A DNA stretch of 64,000 bases from Scyliorhinus canicula (taxonomy: Eukaryota): NCBI RefSeq assembly GCF_902713615.1, contig NC_052166.1, forward strand, positions 18,227,731-18,291,730, read 5' to 3'. Positions 1 through 11,122 of the stretch are shown piece after piece. The position numbers and the translations under genes were made by a program. The number at the start of each line of letters is the position of its first letter. The stretch's first letter is position 1. The notes below the pieces were generated by a model that had not been told where the DNA came from, made no database searches, and worked only from the letters and a program-made list of their open reading frames with translations.

Positions 1-1403
1 CAGCTCTTGTTTGTGGAGAGGGACAACAGTAACAACTCACTCTCGTCCACTCACAGGTGGGCACAGTCGTGTCAAGGACTGTTGAGCTGCCATTGGTGTG
101 GACAGGAGGGATTGGATGGCTGTGGAGGACAGTAGACCAGTACAGAACAAATCAGATTAGCTTTGTGGCCCTTGACTGAAGGTCGTGCACACCAACACCA
201 CTGACTATTCAATGCAGCAGAGTTAGTGGTTATATTCTCATTTGGATCTCCATGACAGCATGAACCAGTCCTGCTCCAGCCTGTACATTTCTTTTTGTTC
301 CTTCAGAAGATGGGAGCATTGCTGGCTCAGCCAGCATTTATTACCCATCCCTATTTGCCCTGAACTGAATGCTCTGCTACGTTATTTCAGAGGGGCATTT
401 AGTCAATCACATTACTGTGGGTCTGGAGTCACCCATCTGCCATGATGGGATTCAAACCGGGGTCCCAAAAGCATTACTCTGGAGTACTAGTCCAGTGATA
501 ATACCCTGCGCCACTGACTCCCTCTGAGACTCTAACTTTCATATCTCTGGGTTCTCGGGTGATGCGGGTATCTCTGATAACTGTGCTGTCCAACACCTAG
601 AAGTAGATCCATGGCTAATATCGGTACAAGGTCGTCCTGGGTCTGCACTGATTCCAAATTCTTCAAGTTTAATTCCCTGTCTCCCAGTCTCAGGAAAAGC
701 CCCATAAAGCTGTCAGATTTTTGTAAAAAGTGACTCTAGGGAAGGAAGCCTGTCAAAAACGTAGCCTAGTTTATATGTACCACCTACAGACACCAACACG
801 ATTTATTCTGAACTCCCCTCTGCAGCACCCCAGCAAGCCCCTCAGCTGTAATAACCCACTAGAAACAGAAAATAAGACTCAAATTGGATGGAACATTTGG
901 CTGAATCTGGGTGTTGTCAGGACATGACAAAGCCACACTCAGGCCAACCAATCCTGCAAATTCTTTGTCATAAGCAGATGGTGACTGCTGCCAAGGTTAT
1001 GTCTTTCAATAGAATCCCTACAGCGCAGAAGGAGGCCATTCGGCCCATCGAGTCTGCAGCAACCCTCCGAAAGAGCACCCCACCCAGGCCCATTCCCCCC
1101 CGCCCTATTCCTGTAACCCCACCCAAACTGCACACATCTTCAGACACTAAGGGGATATTTAGAGTGACCAATCCCCTAACCTGTACATCTTTGGACCCTG
1201 CAAAGTCTGTCCTAAACTTGTGGGGACTGGTAACAAGGTTGGGAAAATTGTCTCACAAACTAGTCAAACAACATCCTGGAACAGACATACTGATAGAATC
1301 ATACCTAAAAGCCAATGTTCCAGGCTCCTCCATCACCTTTGCACTGCTCACATCCTGAGAAGATGATAAAGTAGTCTCCACTTGCCTGGATAAGTTCAGA
1401 TTT

Positions 1404-2262
1404 ACCAATCAAGGAGCTCAACAAGGAAGCGAGGATGCAGAGCTGGGCTGAGAAGTGGCAGATGGAGTTCAACCTTGATAAATGTGAAGTGATTCATTTT
1501 GGAAGGTTGAATTTGAATGCTGAATACAGGGTTAAGGGCAGGATTCTTGGAAGTGAGGAGGAACAGAGGGATCTTGGGGTCCACGTACATAGATCCTTCA
1601 AAGTTGCCACCCAGGTTGATAGGGTTGTTAAGAAGGCGTATGGTGTGTTGGCTTTCATTAACAGGGGGATTGAGTTAAGAGCCACGAGGTTTTGCTGCAG
1701 CTTTATAAAACTCTAGTTAGACCACACTTGGAATATTGTGTCCAGTTCTGGTCGCCTCATTATCGGAAGGATGTGGATGCTTTGGAGAGGGTACAGAGAA
1801 GATTTACCAGGATGCTGCCTGGACTGGAGGGCATGTCTTATGAAGAAAGGTTGAGGGAGCTAGGGCTTTTCTCACTGGACTGAAGAAGGCAGAGAGGTGA
1901 CTTGATAGAGGTGTACAAGGTGATGAGAGGCATGGATAGAGTGGATAGCCAGAGACTTTTATCCAGGGTCGAAATGGCTATTACGAGGGGACATAATTTT
2001 AAGGTGATTGGAGGAAGGTATAGGGGAGTTGTCAGAGGTAGGTTCTTTACACAGAGAGTGGTGGGTGTGTGGAATGCACTGCCAGCAGAGGTGGTGGAGT
2101 CAGAGTCATTAGGGACATTTAAGCAACTCTTAGACAGGCACATGGACAGCAGTAAATTGAAGGGGTGTAGGTTAGGTTGATCTTAGATTAGGATAAATGG
2201 TCGGCACAACATCGTGGGCTGAAGAGCCTGTACTGTGCTGTACTGTTCTATGTTCTGTGTTC
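1404..2262 (+). mobile_element. CR1-type LINE, 5'-truncated ORF2 3' end, inserted in an older LINE remnant (about 640-1400 and 2263-2690)
   Basis: [57 protein letters not shown]; tail gtactgtgctgtactgttctatgttc. Confidence 0.9.
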
Positions 2263-2754
2263 AACGCCATCTAGGTCAATGGAGTCCTCTTGATCAGTAC
2301 CTCACCAACCACTTTGACCATTCACTCGCTTCATCACTGGTGCATCAGGGCTTCTGTGTGTTCCATCTACAAGCTGCACAGAAGCAACGTGTCAAGGCTC
2401 CTCCCACAGCACCTTCCAGACCCATCACCACCCAAAGGGCAGCAGGTGCATGGGAACACCACCGCCTGCAGCTTTTCCTCCAAGTCACACATCACCCTGG
2501 CTTGGAAATATATTGTTGTACCTACATTGGCAGTGAGTAACTATCCTGGAATACCCTATTAAACAGCACTTTGGGAGTAGCTTCACCACATGGGCTGCAG
2601 AAGTTCAAAAAAGCACATCACCATCACCTTTGCAAGAGATGGGGAGTAAGTGACAGCCTTGCCAGCAATATCCATAATCTAAAAATGACAAAAAGGAATT
2701 TGAGGATTCCATCTCTCTATAGTTACTATTTGGCTGGAAATTAATTTTTTATGT

Positions 2755-3105
2755 AGATCATAGAATTTACAGTGCAGAAGGAGGCCATTCGGCCCATCGA
2801 GTCTGCACTGGCTCTTGGAAAGAGCACCCTACCCAAGCTCACACCCCTACCCTATCCCCATAATCCAGTAACCTCACCCCAACACTAAGGGCAATTTTGG
2901 ACACTAAGGGCAATTTAGCATGGCCAATCCACCTAACCGGCACATCTTTGGACTGTGGGAGGAAACCGGAGCACCCGGAGGAAACCCACGCACACACGGG
3001 GAGAACGTGCAGACTCCGCACAGACAGTGACCCAAGCCAGGAATCGAACCTGGGACCCTGGAGCTGTGAAGCAATTGTGCTAACCACTATGCTACCGTGC
3101 TGCCC
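2755..3105 (-). mobile_element. tRNA-derived SINE (HE1/V-SINE-like), full length. Related copies or fragments at about 1008-1195(-), 9297-9490(+), 15801-16135(+), 22130-22440(-), 29315-29625(-), 31795-32070(-), 32390-32625(-), 40015-40355(-), 41022-41283(-), 44262-44440(+), 45585-45862(+), 48461-48795(+), 50572-50903(+), 52131-52456(-), 52878-53203(-)
   Basis: On -: gggcagcacggtagcatagtggttagca (A box)...ggttcgattcc (B box), core gggtttcctccgggtgctccggtttcctcccacagtccaaagatgtgc, CR1-like tail. The same sequence recurs many times in the window. Confidence 0.9.
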
Positions 3106-4167
3106 TAAGTGACCTAAGTGCATCCCTAAATTATTAATGCAGTATAATTTCTAACTTAGCACAGTTGAAAGCTGCAACATATTCTCCTAATGACAATATT
3201 TATGTTGAACATATCTAGGAATCTACATTAATCATTGTCCTCTTGCTGGGACAGGTATCTCTAGATAGCACTTACCTACTTGGACAATGAGTGATAAACT
3301 ATTACCTAGTCTTGTCACTGTTGTAACTGTAGCTGGTAAGTTTTGTTTTAAATATTCTCCGGTACAATCTTCACTCATGCAAACAGTTCCGTGTAGTTCC
3401 GTGTCAGAGTGGGACCACAATGTGATCTGAACTGGCAATTCACCCCCCCCCCCCCCCCCCCCCCCCGCCACCACCAAACTAACTGGAAAATGAGCTGTTT
3501 ATTGAGCAGAAATACTTTAGGACCTGGAAACTCCCCTGCTGCCAAAACAGGATCTCCCTCAATAGGAGTTTAGCTCAATGTTACCAATAGATTTAGGCAG
3601 CAATGAAAGATGCCACAGTCCCAGAGACCTCAGGCGGCTCTCCCCTTTGACGGAGAGAGCTGACTGGTGGTGATTTAACCTGAGGATCAACACACCTCAG
3701 GCGAGGGACAAGGTTCAGAAGGTAACATCAACTGGCTCAGGAACTGAAACCGCACTGTTGGCATCGCTCCATATCAAAAACCAGCCGTCCAGCCAACTGA
3801 GCTAACTAGCCTGCCTGCAACGGTATATTCCCAACATGTCCATTTATCCAACCAGGCTAAAAAATCCTACAGGCAGTACATCAGCCATGTACAATGTGCC
3901 TAAAGGTGACCACCAGTGATCTCAAAAGACCAAAGCACATATTGGAGGTAGACACTCCCGTGCAGTACTGAGGGAGTGCTACACTGTAAGGGGTGAGATT
4001 TTCTGGATGAAACGTTAAGCGGAGGCTTGTCTGCCCTCTCAGTTGACAAGTGGATGTAAAGACTCCACGGGAGCATTTTGAAGAAGAACAAGGGAGCTCC
4101 GACTGCCTCCCCCCTCACTCCCACCCCAGTACCTTGGCCAATATTTTAACCTCAATCAGCTTCCCTG

Positions 4168-5003
4168 AACATAAGAACATAAGGACTAGGAGCAGGAGTC
4201 GGTCATCTGGCCCCTCGAGCCTGCTTCGCCATTCAATGAGATCATGGCTGATCTTTTGTGGACTCGGCTTCACTTTCCGCCCCAAACACCATGACCCTTA
4301 ATCCCTTTATTCTTCGTAAGAAGTCTTACAACACCAGGTTAAAGTCCAACAGGTTTGTTTCAAACACAAGCTTTTGGAGCACTGCTCCTTCCTCAGGTGA
4401 ATTCACCTGAGGAAGGAGCAGTGCTCCGAAAGTTAGCGTTTAAAACAAACCTGTTGGACTTTAACCTGGTGTTGTAAGACTTCTTACTGTGCTCACACCA
4501 GTCCAACGTCGCCGGCATCTCCACATCATGGCCTTTATTCTTCAAAAAACAATCTTTCTTTATCTTGAAAACATTTAATGAAGGAGCCTCAACTGCTTCA
4601 CTGGGCAAGGAATTCCATAGATTCACACCCTTATTTTGAGGCTATGCCCCTAGTTCTGCTTTCACCCGCCAACCTTCCCGCATCTATCCTATTCCCTTCA
4701 TAATTTTATATGTTCCTATAAGATCCTCCCGCATCCTTCTAAATTCCAATGAGTACAGTCCCAGTCTACTCAATCTCTCCTCGTAATCCAACCCCTTCAG
4801 CTCTGGGATTAACCTAGTGAATCTCCTCTGCACACCCTCCAGCGCCAGTACGTCCTTTCTCAAGTAAGGAGACCAAAACTGAACACAATACTCCAGGTGT
4901 GGCGTCACTAACACCTTATATAATTGCAGCATAACCTCCCTAGTCTTAAATTCCATCCCTCTAGCAATGAAGGACACTACTCCATTTGCCTTCTTAATCA
5001 CCT
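4168..5003 (-). mobile_element. CR1-type LINE 3' fragment, itself interrupted at 4316-4531
   Basis: ORF 4684..5001 ([25 protein letters not shown]), VNLWNSLP, tail aacataagaacataag on +. Confidence 0.9.
4316..4531. mobile_element. Penelope-derived palindromic mini-element with two degenerate hammerhead-like motifs; 12-bp TSD
   Basis: 4316-4487 is an almost perfect inverted repeat centred on GAATTC (4399-4404). CTGAGGA-a-ggagc-agt-gctcc-GAAA at 4407-4431. Flanked by cctttattcttc at 4304-4315 and 4532-4543. Confidence 0.8.
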
Positions 5004-5200
5004 GTTGCCTATCTGGTCACAATCACATTTGGTGTAAAATAAGTGACTGCATTTTTCTACGTTACAAAGTTGGCTACAATTCAAAAATACTTTGTTGGCT
5101 ATGAAATGCTTTGGATCGGCAGTGGTGCGATAGAAATGCAATTTTTTCTTCTTTTCCACCATGACTTGTGTTTCTGACACTTTCTGTACCTCTCCCACAG

Positions 5201-5722
5201 ATGTCCCGCCGGGAGAAGAGGCTGGCTGAGGCTGTCTCCATCGAGGGTTCTGATCGGAGCCCAGACAAGGACCTGTCAGACAATCATTCCCCAGCTCAGC
5301 AAAAGAACATTGAATGCATCATCTGCTACTCTGCCCACAATCTCTCAGACAGGCTGCCTCGGAAACTCTACTGCGGGCACACCTTCTGCCAGGCCTGCAT
5401 CCGGAGACTGGAAACCATGTTAAATGAGCAGAGATGGATCCCGTGTCCCCAGTGCCGTCAGAATACCCCATGTCCTCATGGTGGTGTCGTCATGCTCGAA
5501 CTGGACTTGACCATCTTTTTGGCCCTTAAAACAGAAATGGAGTCTGTGAAAACAGCAGTGAGACAGGACCGGGCATCCAATCACAAAGTGACAGCCAAAG
5601 ATCACTGCACCTCACAGCCAATCACTGAGCAGCCTGCAGCTCTGTGTCAAGGCACCCCACAAGAGCCCTACTTTCCCAGGAGAACTTGCTGTGCTTGTTG
5701 TGCTAGCCGCTGCTGTATCTAA
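5201..5722 (+). CDS. RNF224: RING finger protein 224-like (C3HC4 RING, Cys-rich C-terminus), single coding exon, 173 aa
   Basis: The ATG at 5201 directly follows a polypyrimidine/CAG acceptor (tttctgtacctctcccacag). The protein CIICYSAHNLSDRLPRKLYCGHTFCQACIRRL...EQRWIPCPQCRQNTPCPHGGVVMLELDL..FLALK...PITEQPAALC..PYFP..CC matches recalled RNF224 along its length. The N-terminus could be extended by an upstream exon. Confidence 0.88.
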   Translation: MSRREKRLAEAVSIEGSDRSPDKDLSDNHSPAQQKNIECIICYSAHNLSDRLPRKLYCGHTFCQACIRRLETMLNEQRWIPCPQCRQNTPCPHGGVVMLELDLTIFLALKTEMESVKTAVRQDRASNHKVTAKDHCTSQPITEQPAALCQGTPQEPYFPRRTCCACCASRCCI

Positions 5723-5904
5723 CAGATTGCTCACCATGATTACTAATGGAGACGACGAATAGGAATCGATCATAGCCCAGTAAAAAAGCACTGTTGCACA
5801 TCACTGGAAATTACACATCTCAATGTGCCTCGTCTGATATTGATCAAAATGCATAAACAGCAACGACAACTATACAAACTGTGTTGAACAAGGAGCTGTT
5901 GGCA

Positions 5905-8900
5905 CTATACAGTGTGTTACACAGGGAGGTCTCTGTACTGGACAGTGTATTACACAGGGAGGTCTCTGTACTGGACAGTGTATTACACAGGGAGGTCTCT
6001 GTACTGGACAGTGTATTACACAGGGAGGTCTCTGTACTGGACAGTGTATTACACAGGGACGTCTCTGTACTGGACAGTGTATTACACAGGAAGGTCTCTG
6101 TACTGGACAGTGTATTACACAGGGACGTCTCTGTACTGGACAGTGTATTACACAGTGAGGTCTCTGTACTGGACAGTGTATTACACAGGGACGTCTCTGT
6201 ACTGGACAGCGTATTACACAGGGAGGTCTCTGTACTGGACAGTGTATTACACAGGGAGGTCTCTGTACTGGACAGTGTATTACACAGGAAGGTCTCTGTA
6301 CTGGACAGTGTATTACACAGGGACGTCTCTGTACTGGACAGTGTATTACACAGTGAGGTCTCTGTACTGGACAGTGTATTACACAGGGACGTCTCTGTAC
6401 TGGACAGCGTATTACACAGGGAGGTCTCTGTACTGGACAGTGTATTACACAGGGAGGTCTCTGTACTGGAGAGTGTATTACACAGGGAGGTCTCTGTACT
6501 GGACAGTGTATTACACAGGGAGGTCTCTGTACTGGACAGTGTATTACACAGGGAGGTCTCTGTACTGGAGAGTGTATTACACAGGGAGGTCTCTGTACTG
6601 GACAGTGTATTACACAGTGAGGTCTCTGTACTGGACAGTGTATTACACAGGGAGGTCTCTGTACTGGACAGTGCATTATACAGGGAGGTCCCTATACTGG
6701 AAAGTGTGTTACATAGGGAGGTCACTGTACTGGACAGTGTATTACACAGGAAGGTCTCTGTACTGGACAGTGTATTACACAGGGACGTCTCTGTACTGGA
6801 CAGTGTATTACACAGTGAGGTCTCTGTACTGGACAGTGTATTACACAGGGACGTCTCTGTACTGGACAGCGTATTACACAGGGAGGTCTCTGTACTGGAC
6901 AGTGTATTACACAGGGAGGTCTCTGTACTGGACAGTGTATTACACAGGGAGGTCTCTGTACTGGAGAGTGTATTACACAGGGAGGTCTCTGTACTGGACA
7001 GTGTATTACACAGTGAGGTCTCTGTACTGGACAGTGTATTACACAGGGAGGTCTCTGTACTGGACAGTGCATTATACAGGGAGGTCTCTATACTGGAAAG
7101 TGTGTTACATAGGGAGGTCTCTGTACTGGACAGTGTATTACACAGGGAGGTCACTGTACTGGACAGTGTATTACACAGGGAGGTCTCTGTACTGGACAGC
7201 ATATTACACAGGGAGGTCTCTGTACTGGACAGTGTATTACACAGGGAGGTCTCTGTACTGGACAGCGTATTACACAGGGAGGTCTCTGTACTGGACAGTG
7301 TGTTACACAGGGAGGTCTCTGTACTGGACAGTGTATTACACAGGGAGGTCTCTGTACTGGACAGTGTATTACACAGGGAGGTCTCTGTACTGGACAGTGT
7401 ATTACACAGGGAGGTCTCTGTACTGGAGAGTGTATTACACAGGGAGGTCTCTGTACTGGACAGTGTATTACACAGTGAGGTCTCTGTACTGGACAGTGTA
7501 TTACACAGGGAGGTCTCTGTACTGGACAGTGCATTATACAGGGAGGTCTCTATACTGGAAAGTGTGTTACATAGGGAGGTCTCTGTACTGGACAGTGTAT
7601 TACACAGGGAGGTCACTGTACTGGACAGTGTATTACACAGGGAGGTCTCTGTACTGGACAGCATATTACACAGGGAGGTCTCTGTACTGGACAGTGTATT
7701 ACACAGGGAGGTCTCTGTACTGGACAGTGTATTACACAGGGAGGTCACTGTACTGGACAGTATATTACAGAGGGAGGTCTCTGTACTGGACAGTGTATTA
7801 CACAGGGAGGTCTCTGTACTGGACAGCATATTACAGAGGGAGGTCTCTGTACTGGACAGCATATTATACAGGGACGTCTCTGTACTGGACAGTGTGTTAC
7901 ACAGGGAGGTCTCTGTACTGGACAGTGTATTACACAGGGAGGTCTCTGTACTGGACAGTGTATTACACAGGGAGGTCTCTGTACTGGACAGTGTATTACA
8001 CAGGGAGGTCTCTGTACTGGACAGTGTATTACACAAGAAGGTCTCTGTACTGGACAGTGTGTTACACAGGGAGGTCTCTGTACTGGACAGCATATTTCAC
8101 AGGGAGGTCTCTGTACTGGACAGCATATTGAACAGGGAGGTCTCTGTACTGGACAGTATATTACACAGGGAGGTCTCTGTATTGGACAGCATATTACACA
8201 AGAAGGTCTCTGTACAGGACAGTGTATTACACAGGGAGGTCTCTGTACTGGACAGCATATTACACAGGGATGTCTCTGTATTGGACAGCATATTACATAA
8301 GAAGGTCTCTGTACTGGACAGTGTGTTACACAGGGAGGTCTCTGTACTGGACAGCGTATTACACAGGGAGGTCTCTGTACTGGACATTGTATTACACAGG
8401 GAGGTATCTGTACTGGACAGCGTATTACACAGGGAGGTCTCTGTACTGGACAGTATATTACACAGGGAGGTCTGTACTGGACAGTGTATTACACAGGGAG
8501 GTCTCTGTACTGGACAGTGTATTACAGAGGGAGGTCTCTGTACTGGACAGTGTATTACACAGGGACGTCTCTGTACTGGACAGTGTATTACACAGGGACG
8601 TCTCTGTACTGGACAGTGTATTACACAGGGACGTCTCTGTACTGGACAGTGTATTACACAGGGAGGTCTCTGTACTGGACAGTGTATTACACAGGGAGGT
8701 CTCTGTACTGGACAGTGTATTACACCGGGAGGTCTCTGTACTGGACAGTGTATTACACAGGGAGGTCTCTGTACTGGAAAGTATATTACACAGGGAGGTC
8801 TCTGTACTGGACAGTGTATTACACAGGGAGGTCTCTGTACTGGACAGTGTATTACACAGGGAGGTCTCTGTACTGGAAAGTGTATTACACAGGGAGGTCT

Positions 8901-9060
8901 CTGTACTGGACAGTGTATTACACAGGGAGGTCTCTGTACTGGAAAGTGTATTACACAGGGAGGTCTCTGTACTGGACAGTGTATTACAGAGGGAGGTCTC
9001 TGTACTGGACAGCGTATTACACAGGGAGGTTCTGTGGACTGGACAATGTGTTGCACAGGG
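5905..9060. repeat. 33-bp minisatellite (gtactggacagtgtattacacagggaggtctct), about 95 copies
   Basis: Directly visible tandem array with higher-order variant blocks; one 2-bp deletion near 8470. Confidence 0.98.
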
Positions 9061-9064
9061 AGCT

Positions 9065-10030
9065 GTCTGTGCATGTAAATTGGTTGTCAGCGTAATTCTG
9101 AGCACAGTGAGGATGATCTAGCAAATATTGTCCAATCACTGACTCGCATCTAATGTTCAAAACTATGTTTTGAGTTTTGCAAGCACGGGCTGGTTGGATA
9201 TGGTATGTACCTTGCCTGTTGCAACAGCGAATGGGAATTGCTGTTTAATACGATCTGCCAGTTTTTGGGTCATGCAGCCTACATTCCTGGCATCACGATG
9301 GCACAGTGGTTAGCACTGCTGGTTCACAGCCCCAAGGACCCGATTCAATCCTGGCTCCGGGTCACTATCCGTGTAGATTTTGCACATTCTCCTCGTGTCT
9401 GCATGGGTCTCACCCCCACAACACAAAAGTGTGCAGGGTAGGTGGATTGGCCACACTAAATCGCCCCTTAATTGGAAAAATGAAAAAAAGTCACACCGGT
9501 ATTGAAATTCGTATACCACATTAACCATTTGTGTGATAGGCAGAACATCTTCCTGGCCTGACTGCAGCATCCTGCATTTTGCAAAATAACCCTCAGTGTG
9601 TTAAGTGTTATATTGACAATCAATGTAAGATCCTCAGTCAGACTCGCATTGTGGTTCATTTCTGTTTACTGGAAGCTGCATATATTAATACATAGGGCCC
9701 TGTTCTTTGTAGACAGGAAGACCTTGTACACACATTGCGCCTGTTCAGGCTTAACAAAATAAGTGACAGTAATTCACTGATTCAATTCCCAGGGGAACAC
9801 CTTGACCAATCTGGGTCAGGTTGCCTTGTTTTAAGTTTCAAACAATATTCAGCAGTTATCTGTCAGTCGCCATCAACTGGTGCAGTCTCCATGGCAATGC
9901 CTCTACCAATCAAGGACCATTTGCCAACCAATCAGCATTTTCTTCTCATGCAATATAAATTGGTTGTTTTGCCCCTTGTATCGGTATTCTTGCAAAATGT
10001 CCTGAGAAGTGTAAGACAAAAAGGTACCAA
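9065..10030. mobile_element. Penelope-like element remnant: GIY-YIG domain in two oppositely oriented pieces, plus pLTR; SINE inserted at 9297-9490
   Basis: - strand 9590 to 9065: DVLPITQMVNVVYEFQYRCD/ARNVGCMTQKLADRIKQ...IGQYLLDHPHCAQNY. + strand from about 9615: KILSQTR...LLEAAYINT.GPVLCRQ...LRLF, then CCAAT boxes, tataaa and a decayed cctgagaagtgtaagacaaaa hammerhead-like motif at about 10001-10022. Confidence 0.7.
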
Positions 10031-11122
10031 ACAACTGCATTATTAATCATTAACTGCAAAGTACTTTGGAAGAGGTGAGGTGGTGAAAGATGTATAAATA
10101 AATATATTCCTTCCTTTTAAGTGATTACACTAAACTTCAAATGGGCACGGTGACCTTGCAATCAGTGACTGGAGCCAATCACGACACTTGACACGTGTGC
10201 TCTCCCTCCATCTCATTTTGCATTTTTAAAGCTATGTTAACCCGATGCCCCGTGAGATTCTCCTACTGTAATGATAGACCATTATACTGATATGAGCAAA
10301 CGCAAGCGGCATGTGTTTTAATTTTCTGAAGAGTTCTGCTATCAGTGCAGAACGTGTGACAGAAAACAGAAAGCTCACAAAGCAGCAACATCTATATAAT
10401 GTGGTCAATATTCAACAAAGTGAAAACGACAAGAAAGCCACTCCCAACAAATTTACCAAAGTTGCTTCCTCATTAACCCGATTCCACCTCCTTCCTCAGG
10501 TACCATGCCTTAAGAGGGCCTTGGTTGCTTTGGTCTTACATTCGATTAGTCAATGGTGATGCTCGGCAAAGTACTGCAGCACTTTGTCGTTATCTTCTGT
10601 AGTATGGTTGACCAGGAAATTCCCACTCTTACCATCTGCCATCAGGCATATTGGAAGAGATAACAGGCTGACAATCAATCTGTTTGGCCGCGTAATGAAC
10701 ATACCTTCGTTGGCCATCAAGCCCTGGAGTGGGACTGGAACCCGGAGCTTCTGGCCAAAAGGCAAGGTTGTTACCCATTGCACCACAGCCTTCATGCTTT
10801 ACCTCAGCAAGCTAGACAACTGGTCCGTGATGCAGAGCATGGTCAGTAGCGTTGGTTCAAATCCCATACCGGCAGACATTATTCATAAAAGCCCTGCCAT
10901 TTCAACCTTGCCTGAGGTGTGGTGATCCTCAGGTTAAACCACCACCAGTCAGCTCTCCTCCTCAAAGGGGAAAGCAGCCTGTGGTCATCTGGGACTATGG
11001 CAACTTTACCTGTAGTGCCAAATTAGCTCAAGTTTTACCTTCATAAAACTGTGACAAATCACACCTTCTAAAATAAGCAGAGTCCCTGGGAGAATGTACA
11101 CTGTACAATGTCCCTGCAGGAA

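Larger units (their letters stand above)
3945..5155 (+). mobile_element. Ancient DeuSINE (SacSINE1/AmnSINE-like) split by a CR1 insertion: pieces at about 3945-4165 and 5007-5155. Further degraded copies on - at about 32070-32230, 41300-41480, 47250-47465
   Basis: gacactcccgtgcagtactgagggagtgct...gccctctcag..gtggatgtaaaga..gaagaaga..ggccaatattt..cctcaa and 3' part tatctggtca..atcacatt..aaatgcaa(ttc)n resemble the recalled Deu-domain SINE consensus. Confidence 0.65.

Noticed and set aside
2755-3105. tRNA genes suggested by A/B boxes
   Set aside because: These are SINE heads with SINE bodies and tails; no complete cloverleaf was seen.
3232-3477. - strand ORF with QITLWS and a GTAAGT donor
   Set aside because: It shows no convincing CHAT C-terminal motif, and the ORF start runs through a poly-G tract.
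5844-9121. ORFs of 700-1065 aa on both strands
   Set aside because: These are translations of the 33-bp minisatellite. They are open in several frames at once and have no unique domain.
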